64,000 nt of DNA, from NCBI GenBank assembly GCA_977020255.1, contig CDROCS010000122.1, positions 558,001-622,000 of the forward strand, read 5' to 3'. This document shows positions 52,161-62,710 of the stretch, in pieces (position 1 is the first letter of the stretch; each line of letters begins with the position of its first letter). A model generated the notes under the pieces. That model did no database searches, was not told where the DNA came from, and saw nothing but the letters and a program-made list of their open reading frames with translations. Both the position numbers and the translations under genes were made by a program. This DNA is from Obrimoposthia wandeli (taxonomy: Eukaryota).

Positions 52161-54566
52161 ATGAAATACGGTTATTTTGATAATGACAACAGAGAGTACG
52201 TTATCACTCGTCCAGATGTACCAGCACCATGGACTAACTATCTTGGTACTGAGAAATTCTGTACTGTAATTTCACATAATGCAGGTGGTTACTCATTTTA
52301 CAATTCACCTGAATACAATCGCGTAACCAAATTCCGTCCAAATGCATCGTTTGATCGCCCTGGTCACTATGTATATCTCCGTGATGATGAAACGGGAGAT
52401 TACTGGTCAATTTCTTGGCAGCCAGTGGCTAAAAGTCTTGATGAAGCAAGCTACGAAGTTCGTCATGGTTTGTCTTACTCAAAATTCAAATGTGAATACA
52501 ACGGTATTACAGCGTCAAAAACTCTTTTCGTCCCAAAAGGCGAAGATGCTGAAGTATGGGATGTTGTCATCAAAAATGACAGTGACAAGCCGCGAACAAT
52601 CAGCGCATTTTCATTTGTTGAGTTTTCATTCAGTCATATAGAGTCTGATAACCAAAACCACCAGATGAGTCTATATTCTGCTGGCACGTCTTATGAAGAT
52701 GGTGTCATCGAGTACGATCTTTACTATAACACCAATGAATTTGAAGGCTTTTACTACCTAGCTTCAACGTTTGACCCTGATAGCTACGACGGTCAACGTG
52801 ACTCATTCCTTGGGTTATACCGTGACGAATCAAACCCTATCGCTGTTGAGCAAGGTAAGTGTTCGAACACCGCACAAACTTGTTATAACCATTGTGGTTC
52901 TTTACATAAACAATTTGTCATTCAACCCGGTGAAGAAGTACGTTTTGTTTATATCTTAGGTTTAGGTAAAGGCAATGGCGCTAAACTGCGCGCTAAATAC
53001 CAAAACTTAGAAAATGTTGATGCTGCATTTGCTGGTATCAAAGCGCATTGGGATGAGCGCTGCGCAAAATTCCAAGTAAAATCGCCAAACGAAGGTCTAG
53101 ATACCATGTTAAACACCTGGACCTTATACCAGGCTGAAACATGTGTGGTGTGGTCGCGCTTTGCTTCCTTTATTGAAGTAGGCGGACGTACAGGTCTTGG
53201 TTATCGAGATACAGCACAAGATGCAATGGCTGTTCCTCATTCCAACCCTGAAATGACCAAGAAACGCCTTATCGATCTTCTTCGCGGACAGGTAAACGCA
53301 GGTTATGGTCTTCACCTATTTGATCCTGATTGGTTTGATCCAGAAAAAGCGAATATTGAACCATCCAAATCGCCAACCGTCGTTCCAACACCAAGTGACG
53401 AAGATAAGATCCATGGTATCGAAGACACCTGTTCTGACGATCATTTATGGTTAGTACCGACTATCTGCCGTTACGTTATGGAAACTGGCGAAACTGATTT
53501 CTTTGATGAAGTCATTCCTTTTGCCGATGGTGGTGAAGCAACCGTTTATGACCACATGAAAGCGGCACTTGATTTCACCGCTGAACATGTAGGACGAACT
53601 GGTATTGCTAAAGGGTTACGAGCAGATTGGAATGACTGCTTAAATCTTGGTGGCGGTGAATCATCAATGGTTGCCTTCCTTCATTACTGGGCAATTACAG
53701 AGTTTATCGACCTCGCTAAATTTTTAGGCAGAGACGAAGATATTGCGCGTTATGCTGATATGGCTGGCGGTGTACAAAATGCCTGTGAAAAGCACCTTTG
53801 GGACGAAGACGGTGGTTGGTATATTCGTGGTATCACTAAACATGGCGACAAAGTAGGTACTAACGAACAAACCGAAGGCAAAGTGCATTTAGAGTCTAAT
53901 ACTTGGGCTGTTGTATCGGGTGCTGTTACTCAAGAGCGCGGCAAAAAAGCAATGAATGCGGTCGATAAGTACCTTTATTCTGACTATGGCCTTCACTTAA
54001 ATGCTCCTTCTTTTGCCACACCGAATGATGACATTGGCTTTGTCACCCGTGTTTATCAAGGTGTTAAAGAAAATGGCGCTATCTTCTCTCATCCGAACCC
54101 ATGGGCTTGGGTCGCTGAAGCGAAACTTGGTCGCGGTGATCAAGCGATGAAATTCTACGATGCACTGAATCCGTATAACCAAAATGACATGATTGAAAAG
54201 CGTATAACGGAACCTTATTCCTATGTTCAATTTATTATGGGACGCGATCACCAAGATCATGGTCGTGCAAACCACCCATGGCTAACCGGCACTTCTGGTT
54301 GGGCTTATATTGCCGCAACTAACTTTATTCTCGGTGTCCGTTTAAGCTTTGACGGTCTAATCATCGATCCATGTATTCCAACTGACTGGCCTGGTTTTGA
54401 CGTTACGCGTCAATGGCGAGGGGCCACTTACAACATCAATGTTGTAAATCCAAACCATGTTAGCAAAGGCATTGCTTCTATTACGTTAAACGGTGAAACA
54501 GTTGATGGGGCAATTGCACCTCAAGCTGAAGGTACCGTTAATACTGTAACGGTGGTAATGGGGTAA
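52161..54566 (+). CDS. chbP: N,N'-diacetylchitobiose phosphorylase (GH94)
   Basis: 801 aa; MKYGYFDNDNREY, GYRDTAQD, ADWNDC, HPWLTGTSGW. Confidence 0.95.
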   Translation: MKYGYFDNDNREYVITRPDVPAPWTNYLGTEKFCTVISHNAGGYSFYNSPEYNRVTKFRPNASFDRPGHYVYLRDDETGDYWSISWQPVAKSLDEASYEVRHGLSYSKFKCEYNGITASKTLFVPKGEDAEVWDVVIKNDSDKPRTISAFSFVEFSFSHIESDNQNHQMSLYSAGTSYEDGVIEYDLYYNTNEFEGFYYLASTFDPDSYDGQRDSFLGLYRDESNPIAVEQGKCSNTAQTCYNHCGSLHKQFVIQPGEEVRFVYILGLGKGNGAKLRAKYQNLENVDAAFAGIKAHWDERCAKFQVKSPNEGLDTMLNTWTLYQAETCVVWSRFASFIEVGGRTGLGYRDTAQDAMAVPHSNPEMTKKRLIDLLRGQVNAGYGLHLFDPDWFDPEKANIEPSKSPTVVPTPSDEDKIHGIEDTCSDDHLWLVPTICRYVMETGETDFFDEVIPFADGGEATVYDHMKAALDFTAEHVGRTGIAKGLRADWNDCLNLGGGESSMVAFLHYWAITEFIDLAKFLGRDEDIARYADMAGGVQNACEKHLWDEDGGWYIRGITKHGDKVGTNEQTEGKVHLESNTWAVVSGAVTQERGKKAMNAVDKYLYSDYGLHLNAPSFATPNDDIGFVTRVYQGVKENGAIFSHPNPWAWVAEAKLGRGDQAMKFYDALNPYNQNDMIEKRITEPYSYVQFIMGRDHQDHGRANHPWLTGTSGWAYIAATNFILGVRLSFDGLIIDPCIPTDWPGFDVTRQWRGATYNINVVNPNHVSKGIASITLNGETVDGAIAPQAEGTVNTVTVVMG

Positions 54567-54630
54567 GTATTTTTGGGGATAATTTTTATCCCCACTTTAA
54601 TTTTCGATTGAGAGAAATAGGAGTTCCATC

Positions 54631-56043
54631 ATGATTCAGTTTGGAACAGGTGGCTGGCGCGCCTTTATTGGTGAAGAGTTTACTCGTGAAAATGTTCGAT
54701 TAGTCGCACAAGCTCTTGCCAATATTATGCATAACGAAAATGTTATCGATAATGGTTTTGTTATTGGTTACGACCGTCGATTTTTATCCGATAAAGCGGC
54801 GGCATGGTTTGCAGAAGTGCTCGCTGGAAATGGAATTACGGTTAGCTTTATAAATAAATATGTCCCTACGCCTGTCGTAATGTTCGAATCAAAAGAGATG
54901 GGTGCAACATATTCAGCTTGTATCACGGCGTCTCACAACCCTGCTGATTACAACGGCATTAAAATCTTTATTGAAGGTGGTCGTGATGCAGATGAAATTA
55001 TTACGCAAAAAATTGAACAACAAGTTCAAGGGCTAACAAATAGTGATGTTAAACGCATAGATTTTGATGAGGCACTAAACGCACAAACAATCAAAATCAT
55101 TAATCCTATGAATGCCTTTGTCGACTCAATCATTAACTTTATTGATATCGAAGCCATTAAAAAAGCCAACTTGCGCGTATTGATTGACCCTATGTTTGGT
55201 GTGGCTAAAAATGCATTACAGACAGTGTTAATTTCAGGTCGTTGCGACGTTGATGTTATCCATGATGACCAAAACCCATCTTTTGGTGGCTTAATGCCAT
55301 CACCAAACGCAGCAACGCTATATCGCCTAAAACACTTAGTCGCTCATGAAGGTTATGACATCGGGATTGGAACTGATGGTGATGCAGATCGCCTCGGAAT
55401 CATTGATGAAAAAGGTAACTTTATTCATCCCAACGAAGTACTGCTACTGCTTTATTACTACATGTTGGAATATAAAGGCTGGAAAGGATCTGTTGTACGT
55501 AATATAGCAACCACACACCTGCTAGATAAAGTAGCAACAGCCCATGATGAAAAATGCTTTGAAGTGCCTGTTGGCTTTAAACATATCAGCTCACAAATGG
55601 AAGCCGATGACTCTTTAATTGGTGGAGAGAGCTCTGGTGGTTTAACTATTCGCGGGCATATTAAAGGAAAAGATGGTGTATTTGCATCTAGTTTACTGGT
55701 CGAAATGATCAGTGTAACTAACAAAAAAATCTCTGAAATGCTTGATGAAATCTACAGTAAATATGGTTATGCCTACACCGCAGAAGGTGACTGTATATTT
55801 AAAGCATCAGATCGCGAACGCTTATATAACAAAATATATATTGATAAAGAGTTACCTGAATTCAATTACGATATAGAAAAAATTAGCTACGCCGATGGCG
55901 CTAAAGTGTATTTTAAAAATGGTGGCTGGGCGTTAGCACGCTTCTCTGGTACCGAGCCTTTATTGCGCTTATTCGTTGAAATGGAAGATAAAGTTAAAGC
56001 AGATGCAGTACTGCTACAAATGAAAGAGTTCTTAAAAGTATAA
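54631..56043 (+). CDS. phosphohexomutase (GlcNAc-phosphate mutase of chb operon)
   Basis: 470 aa; FGTGGWR, TASHNP, DGDADR, GGESSGG. Confidence 0.9.
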   Translation: MIQFGTGGWRAFIGEEFTRENVRLVAQALANIMHNENVIDNGFVIGYDRRFLSDKAAAWFAEVLAGNGITVSFINKYVPTPVVMFESKEMGATYSACITASHNPADYNGIKIFIEGGRDADEIITQKIEQQVQGLTNSDVKRIDFDEALNAQTIKIINPMNAFVDSIINFIDIEAIKKANLRVLIDPMFGVAKNALQTVLISGRCDVDVIHDDQNPSFGGLMPSPNAATLYRLKHLVAHEGYDIGIGTDGDADRLGIIDEKGNFIHPNEVLLLLYYYMLEYKGWKGSVVRNIATTHLLDKVATAHDEKCFEVPVGFKHISSQMEADDSLIGGESSGGLTIRGHIKGKDGVFASSLLVEMISVTNKKISEMLDEIYSKYGYAYTAEGDCIFKASDRERLYNKIYIDKELPEFNYDIEKISYADGAKVYFKNGGWALARFSGTEPLLRLFVEMEDKVKADAVLLQMKEFLKV

Positions 56044-56148
56044 GTCTTTTTTATAAATACTGTTTACCGTATTCATTGTTGAGTCCTATCGTAACATGCT
56101 ATACAGCTGTTACATTTCGCAAACCTATATCTTTTAGGAAATCGCGGC

Positions 56149-56178
56149 AGGGTAGTTAGTTACTACCCTTTTTCTTTT
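56149..56178 (+). terminator. intrinsic terminator of chb operon
   Basis: AGGGTAGT-TAGTT-ACTACCCT-TTTTCTTTT, about 105 nt after the stop. Confidence 0.75.
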
Positions 56179-56440
56179 AAAAACAGTCTATTTTTCACTC
56201 TACCTTGGCCAATCAATATACATCTTTGACCATTATTACTGATCCTTTCTACACAAATTTTTAGCCCTCGAGTTATCCAAATTGATATGATCATCTACAT
56301 TTCAATAATGTTACGGCTATAAATATGCCATTATTAAATAACATCTATTGATCACAATATGAGATAGAAACAGTGCGCATAATGCAGTTAGAGTACTTAA
56401 CCGTAAATCATGCAGTCATTGATCATGACAAGGAGTTGAT

Positions 56441-56827
56441 ATGAAAAAGGTTACTTTTACCCTCATCGCCATAATAATGGCTGTTTTATTCACAGAGCAC
56501 GTACATTCATTTGTCATCGGGTTTTGTTTAGCAATGATAGCGGTAACTATAGGTTACTTCATTGCTTATCAAGCTATTCTGAAGCCACAGTACACCATGA
56601 GCTTTCTCGTATTCGCCGTTGTCTGTAAGCTAATAATTACAGTGGTAGGTGTTATCGGAGTCTTTACAAGCAATATCATTCACTCTCCCATTACCTTCCT
56701 CATTGCCTATGCCTTGTTCTCTGTATTAATGACATATTTAGCTTCAACATACCGGTCTTTACAGCGAGAGAAAAAAAATAATAAACAACAAGAATTTCTA
56801 CAAACTGGGCTATATAAAGTCATCTAG
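56441..56827 (+). CDS. small 4-TM hypothetical membrane protein
   Basis: 128 aa; AGGAG RBS, four hydrophobic segments, basic C-tail. Confidence 0.75.
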   Translation: MKKVTFTLIAIIMAVLFTEHVHSFVIGFCLAMIAVTIGYFIAYQAILKPQYTMSFLVFAVVCKLIITVVGVIGVFTSNIIHSPITFLIAYALFSVLMTYLASTYRSLQREKKNNKQQEFLQTGLYKVI

Positions 56828-56878
56828 TTAAGAATAAAGTCAGAAGTCAGCTTTATTTTTCTACAGACGTAAAAAGCT

Positions 56879-56903
56879 TAACCAACTGAACGACTACTCC
56901 GCA
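56879..56903 (-). pseudogene. truncated tRNA-Asp 5' fragment
   Basis: 56879-56913 matches the real tRNA 5' end plus leader at 31/35 nt. Confidence 0.7.
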
Positions 56904-56941
56904 ATGTCTATCCAGTTCTAATTTCCATTTTCTATAGACGT

Positions 56942-56974
56942 AAAAAAGCCCTAATCTTTCGATTAGGGCTTCTT
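56942..56974 (-). terminator. rRNA operon terminator
   Basis: Minus strand AAGAAGCCCTAATC-GAAA-GATTAGGGCTTTTTT. Confidence 0.9.
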
Positions 56975-56980
56975 CAATAA

Positions 56981-57057
56981 TGGCGGAGTGGACGGGACTC
57001 GAACCCGCGACCCCCGGCGTGACAGGCCGGTATTCTAACCAACTGAACTACCACTCC
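56981..57057 (-). tRNA. tRNA-Asp (GTC), CCA encoded
   Basis: GGAGTGG/CCACTCC acceptor stem, CTGTCAC anticodon loop, GGTTCGAGTCC T-arm; 77 nt. Confidence 0.97.
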
Positions 57058-57157
57058 GCAGTGTCTATTCAGCATAATGCTATTACTTATCATAAAACGG
57101 TTCACCGTTTTATTTTTGTCTTCATATTTTCTAAAAGAAAAAATGAAAACGAATTGG

Positions 57158-57277
57158 GCGCCTGGCGATGCCCTACTCTCACATGGGGAGACCCCACACT
57201 ACCATCGGCGCAACTGCGTTTCACTTCTGAGTTCGGCATGGGATCAGGTGGAGCCACAGCGCTATGGTCGCCAGACA
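57158..57277 (-). rRNA. rrf: 5S rRNA
   Basis: CCGAACTCAGAAGTGAAACG and GATGGTAGTGTGGGG motifs; ends approximate. Confidence 0.96.
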
Positions 57278-57279
57278 AA

Positions 57280-57435
57280 TTCTTTTCTCTCTCTTCCGTT
57301 TGCTAGAAATACACGCTAACCGCATTGCCTGCCTCTCTCATTCAGTTATGTACTTCGTACACGCCTTCACTCGAATCGTTGGCGGCTTTGCTAGCCTGTT
57401 TTCTATCTGCACTACCCGTGCACAACAGAAAAGAA
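57280..57435. repeat. long hairpin insert in 23S-5S spacer with ERIC-like core
   Basis: Nested inverted repeats around CAGTTAT-GTAC-TTC-GTAC-ACGCCT. Confidence 0.5.
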
Positions 57436-57517
57436 ATAATCTGGGAAAGTTAACTAGTATCTCAATACACTTCATTCAAGTGTTCGTGGAGTCCGTAAAA
57501 AACCCCTTGGGTGTTGT

Positions 57518-57654
57518 ATGGTTAAGCCTCACGGGCAATTAGTACAGGTTAGCTCAATGCCTCGCAGCACTTACACACCCTGCCTATCAACGTCGTAGTC
57601 TTCAACAACCCTTTAGGATACTTATAGTATCAGGGATGACTCATCTCAGGGCTC

Positions 57655-57685
<31 letters not shown>

Positions 57686-57854
57686 GATTCCGAACTTAGC
57701 TACCGGGCAATGCTACTGGCGTAACAACCCGAACACCAGAGGTTCGTCCACTCCGGTCCTCTCGTACTAGGAGCAGCCCCCTTCAATCATCCAACGCCCA
57801 CGGCAGATAGGGACCGAACTGTCTCACGACGTTCTAAACCCAGCTCGCGTACCA

Positions 57855-57887
<33 letters not shown>

Positions 57888-57889
57888 GA

Positions 57890-57932
<43 letters not shown>

Positions 57933-58138
57933 ACCGCCGTCGATATGAACTCTTGGGCGGTATCAGCCTGTTATCCCCGGAGTACCGTTTATCCGTTGAG
58001 CGATGGCCCTTCCATTCAGAACCACCGGATCACTATGACCTGCTTTCGCACCTGCTCGAATTGTCATTCTCGCAGTCAAGCGGGCTTATGCCATTGCACT
58101 AACCTCACGATGTCCGACCGTGATTAGCCCACCTTCGT

Positions 58139-58181
<43 letters not shown>

Positions 58182-58437
58182 ACCCACCAGGCACTGTCCG
58201 CAACCCCGATAAGGGGCCAACGTTAGAACATCAAGCATACAAGGGTGGTATTTCGGACGACTCCATACGAACTAGCGCCCGTATTTCATAGTCTCCCCAC
58301 CTATCCTACACATGTAGGGTCAATGTTCAGTGCCAAGCTGTAGTAAAGGTTCACGGGTCTTTCCGTCTAGCCGCGGGTACACAGCATCTTCACTGCGATT
58401 TCAATTTCACTGAGTCTCGGGTGGAGACAGCGTGGCC

Positions 58438-58535
<98 letters not shown>

Positions 58536-59340
58536 CAAGAGCTTCGACTTGCGTCTAACCCCATCAATTAACCTTCCGGCACCGGGCAGGCGTCACACCG
58601 TATACGTCATCTTTCGATTTTGCACAGTGCTGTGTTTTTAATAAACAGTTGCAGCCACCTGGTATCTGCGACTCCCAGCAGCTTAGAGAGCAAGTCTCAT
58701 CACCGCCAGGAGCGTACCTTCTCCCGAAGTTACGGTACCATTTTGCCTAGTTCCTTCACCCGAGTTCTCTCAAGCGCCTTGGTATTCTCTACCTGATCAC
58801 CTGTGTCGGTTTGGAGTACGATTACTTATAACCTATCGCTTAGAGGCTTTTCCGGAAGCATGGCATCAATGGCTTCATCACCGTAGTGACTCGACATCAG
58901 GTCTCAGCCTTCTCTACTTAAAGAGGTATTCCCGGATTTGCCTAAGAATACAGCCTACGCCTTTGAACTTGGACAACCGTCGCCAAGCCCACCTAGCCTT
59001 CTCCGTCCCCCCATCGCAGTTATAAGCAGTACGGGAATATTAACCTTTCCCATCGACTACGCCTTTCGGCCTCGCCTTAGGGTCGACTTACCCTGCCCCG
59101 ATTAACGTTGGACAGGAACCCTTGATCTTCCGGCGAGGGAGTTTTCACTCCCTTTATCGTTACTCATGTCAGCATTCGCACTTCTGATACCTCCAGCCAA
59201 CCTTACGATTGACCTTCAACGGCTTACAGAACGCTCCCCTACCCAATATAACAAGTTATATTGCCGCAGCTTCGGTGTATAGCTTAGCCCCGTTAAATCT
59301 TCCGCGCAGACCGACTCGACCAGTGAGCTATTACGCTTTC

Positions 59341-59372
<32 letters not shown>

Positions 59373-59419
59373 TGGCTGTCTGAGCCTTTCCACATCGTTT
59401 CCCACTTAGCTATAACTTT

Positions 59420-59452
<33 letters not shown>

Positions 59453-60412
59453 CTTCACGACGGACGTTAGCACCCGCCGTGTGTCTCCCGGATAGTACTT
59501 ACTGGTATTCGGAGTTTGCAAAGGGTTGGTAAGTCGGGATGACCCCCTAGCCTTAACAGTGCTCTACCCCCAGTAGTATTCGTCCGAGGCGCTACCTAAA
59601 TAGCTTTCGGGAGAACCAGCTATCTCCAAGTTTGATTGGCCTTTCACCCCTAGCCACAAGTCATCCGCTAATTTTTCAACATTAGTCGGTTCGGTCCTCC
59701 AGTAAGTGTTACCTCACCTTCAACCTGCCCATGGCTAGATCACTTGGTTTCGGGTCTAATCCTAGCAACTGTACGCCCAGTTAAGACTCGGTTTCCCTAC
59801 GGCTCCCCTAAACGGTTAACCTTGCTACTAAAATTAAGTCGCTGACCCATTATACAAAAGGTACGCAGTCACCCAACAAGTGGGCTCCTACTGCTTGTAC
59901 GTACACGGTTTCAGGTTCTATTTCACTCCCCTCACAGGGGTTCTTTTCGCCTTTCCCTCACGGTACTGGTTCACTATCGGTCAGTCAGGAGTATTTAGCC
60001 TTGGAGGATGGTCCCCCCATGTTCAAACAGGATATCACGTGTCCCGTCCTACTCGATTTCACAGTAAAAGCGTTGTCGGTTACGGGGCTATCACCCTGTA
60101 TCGCTGTACTTTCCAGTACCTTCACCTAACGCTAATGCTGCTTAAGGGCTAATCCGGGTTCGCTCGCCGCTACTGCCGGAATCTCAATTGATTTCTCTTC
60201 CTCGGGGTACTTAGATGTTTCAGTTCCCCCGGTTCGCCTCGTTACGCTATGTATTCACGTAACGATACGTGCTTATGCACGTGGGTTTCCCCATTCGGAA
60301 ATCGTAGACTCAAGTGGCTTTTACTGCCTAATCTACGCTTATCGCAAGTTAATACGTCCTTCATCGCCTCTGACTGCCAAGGCATCCACCGTGTACGCTT
60401 AGTCACTTAACC
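57518..60412 (-). rRNA. rrl: 23S rRNA (about 2895 nt, no IVS)
   Basis: 5' GGTTAAGTGACTAAGCG to 3' GAGGCTTAACCAT; complementary flanking processing stem. Confidence 0.97.
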
Positions 60413-60659
60413 ATACAACCCCAAGAGGTTTCGTATGGCAACAACCAAGGTTTCTCTGCTTGTTCTTTTACAAGAGCAAGAGAGGATTTGTTTTCGCCGG
60501 ACTCTTCTTTTGTTTCCACTTTAAAAAGTGAAGACAAAAACACAAGACACTTGAATGTGTTTGTTTTGAGAACTCGTTTTTACCGCTCTTAAAATAAAGA
60601 GGGATAAAAACATTTGTAATTGAATCCGTAGATTCAATTTACTAGTCAGCTTTCCAGAT

Positions 60660-60671
60660 TGTTAAAGAGCA
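60660..60671 (-). promoter_or_regulatory. spacer boxA antitermination site
   Basis: Minus strand TGCTCTTTAACA. Confidence 0.9.
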
Positions 60672-60786
60672 TAACGCAAAAAGCGTTAATCAATAACTGA
60701 CGTTATTCATTAGCGCTTTCGCTATTTCTTTTACATTTCGACCAAGCAATCTGTGTGGACACTGCATCAAACAATAAATCTTTAGG

Positions 60787-60907
60787 TAAGGAGGTGATCC
60801 AGCCCCAGGTTCCCCTAGGGCTACCTTGTTACGACTTCACCCCAGTCATGAACCACACCGTGGTAAACGCCCTCCCGAAGGTTAAGCTATCTACTTCTGG
60901 TGCAGCC

Positions 60908-60961
<54 letters not shown>

Positions 60962-61119
60962 GACATTCTGATTCACGATTACTAGCGATTCCGACTTCAC
61001 GGAGTCGAGTTGCAGACTCCGATCCGGACTACGACGTACTTTGTGGGATTCGCTCACCATCGCTGGTTGGCAGCCCTCTGTATACGCCATTGTAGCACGT
61101 GTGTAGCCCTACTCGTAAG

Positions 61120-61172
<53 letters not shown>

Positions 61173-61253
61173 CTCCCTGGAGTTCCCACCATTACGTGCT
61201 GGCAAACAAGGATAAGGGTTGCGCTCGTTGCGGACTTAACCCAACATTTCACA

Positions 61254-61285
<32 letters not shown>

Positions 61286-61341
61286 CTCAGAGTTCCCGAA
61301 GGCACTAAGCTATCTCTAGCGAATTCTCTGGATGTCAAGAG

Positions 61342-61412
<71 letters not shown>

Positions 61413-61507
61413 ATTTGAGTTTTAATCTTGCGACCGTACTCCCCAGGCGGTCTACTTAACGCGTTAGCTCCGAAAGCCACGGCTCAAGGCCACAACCTTC
61501 AAGTAGA

Positions 61508-61555
<48 letters not shown>

Positions 61556-61783
61556 ACCGATTTAGCATCTGAGCGTCAGTCTTTGTCCAGGGGGCCGCCT
61601 TCGCCACCGGTATTCCTTCAGATCTCTACGCATTTCACCGCTACACCTGAAATTCTACCCCCCTCTACAAGACTCTAGTCTGCCAGTTCAAAATGCGGTT
61701 CCGAGGTTGAGCCCCGGGCTTTCACATCTTGCTTAACAGACCGCCTGCATGCGCTTTACGCCCAGTAATTCCGATTAACGCTC

Positions 61784-61831
<48 letters not shown>

Positions 61832-61989
61832 CTTCTGTCGCTAACGTCAAGGCATGCAGCTATTAACTACACACCCTTCCTCACGACTGAAAGTACTTTA
61901 CAACCCGAAGGCCTTCTTCATACACGCGGCATGGCTGCATCAGGGTTTCCCCATTGTGCAATATTCCCCACTGCTGCCTCCCTGTAGGA

Positions 61990-62042
<53 letters not shown>

Positions 62043-62051
62043 GGGATCGTT

Positions 62052-62087
<36 letters not shown>

Positions 62088-62329
62088 CCACCTGGGCTAA
62101 TCTTAGCGCGAGAGGCCCGAAGGTCCCCCTCTTTGGTCCGAAGACGTTATGCGGTATTAGCTATCGTTTCCAATAGTTATCCCCCACACTAAGGCATATT
62201 CCCAGGCATTACTCACCCGTCCGCCGCTCGTCAGCAAAGAAAGCAAGCTTTCTTTCTGTTACCGCTCGACTTGCATGTGTTAGGCCTGCCGCCAGCGTTC
62301 AATCTGAGCCATGATCAAACTCTTCAATT
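60787..62329 (-). rRNA. rrs: 16S rRNA
   Basis: 5' AATTGAAGAGTTTGATCATGGCTCAG to 3' GGATCACCTCCTTA; Photobacterium-like V1 region. Confidence 0.97.
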
Positions 62330-62528
62330 AAAGTTCTGTTGATTCTCTACTTAATAAAAAGCTTCGAATCGGCTCAATGATTTTTACTGATATTCTTGTT
62401 TCATCTTCTTGCGAAGAATGAAGCATAAATTGACTGTGTCATCTTGCGATGATTAAGGTCACTCAGTTCATTGATAAATCTTTCGACTTAAAATTTCACG
62501 AGTGCCCACACAGATTGCATGGTCAAAT

Positions 62529-62540
62529 TGTTAAAGAACA
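62529..62540 (-). promoter_or_regulatory. leader boxA antitermination site
   Basis: Minus strand TGTTCTTTAACA. Confidence 0.85.
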
Positions 62541-62590
62541 TACTGACTAGGTTGCTGGCTAAGCGCCGTGCTCCGTGTCAGTGAGGTCGC

Positions 62591-62618
62591 ATTATAGAGA
62601 CTTCGATCAGCTTGGCAA
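62591..62618 (-). promoter_or_regulatory. rRNA operon promoter
   Basis: TTGCCA-N16-TATAAT followed by GC-rich discriminator GCGACCTC. Confidence 0.88.
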
Positions 62619-62710
62619 GGGGCATTTTGAAATAATTATGCAAAAGGTTCCCGACCGAATAAAATGCGAACAACTTACCAATATTCGTTCTAAAATCACA
62701 CTTTTCATCA

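Noticed and set aside
37463-56043. chiS plus chb operon as a novel system
   Set aside because: Gene content and order match the characterised Vibrio chitin-oligosaccharide utilisation locus.
56828-57057. Integrative element att site at tRNA-Asp
   Set aside because: The duplicated piece is the tRNA 5' end rather than the 3' end, and there is no integrase or foreign cargo nearby.
57518-60412. Intervening sequence in 23S rRNA
   Set aside because: Length of about 2895 nt is normal; the helix 25 and 45 regions are short.
56980-62081. ORFs overlapping tRNA and rRNA genes (56980-57306, 57905-58102, 59880-60152, 60755-60985, 61854-62081 etc.)
   Set aside because: Antisense translations of structural RNA genes, a well-known annotation artefact.
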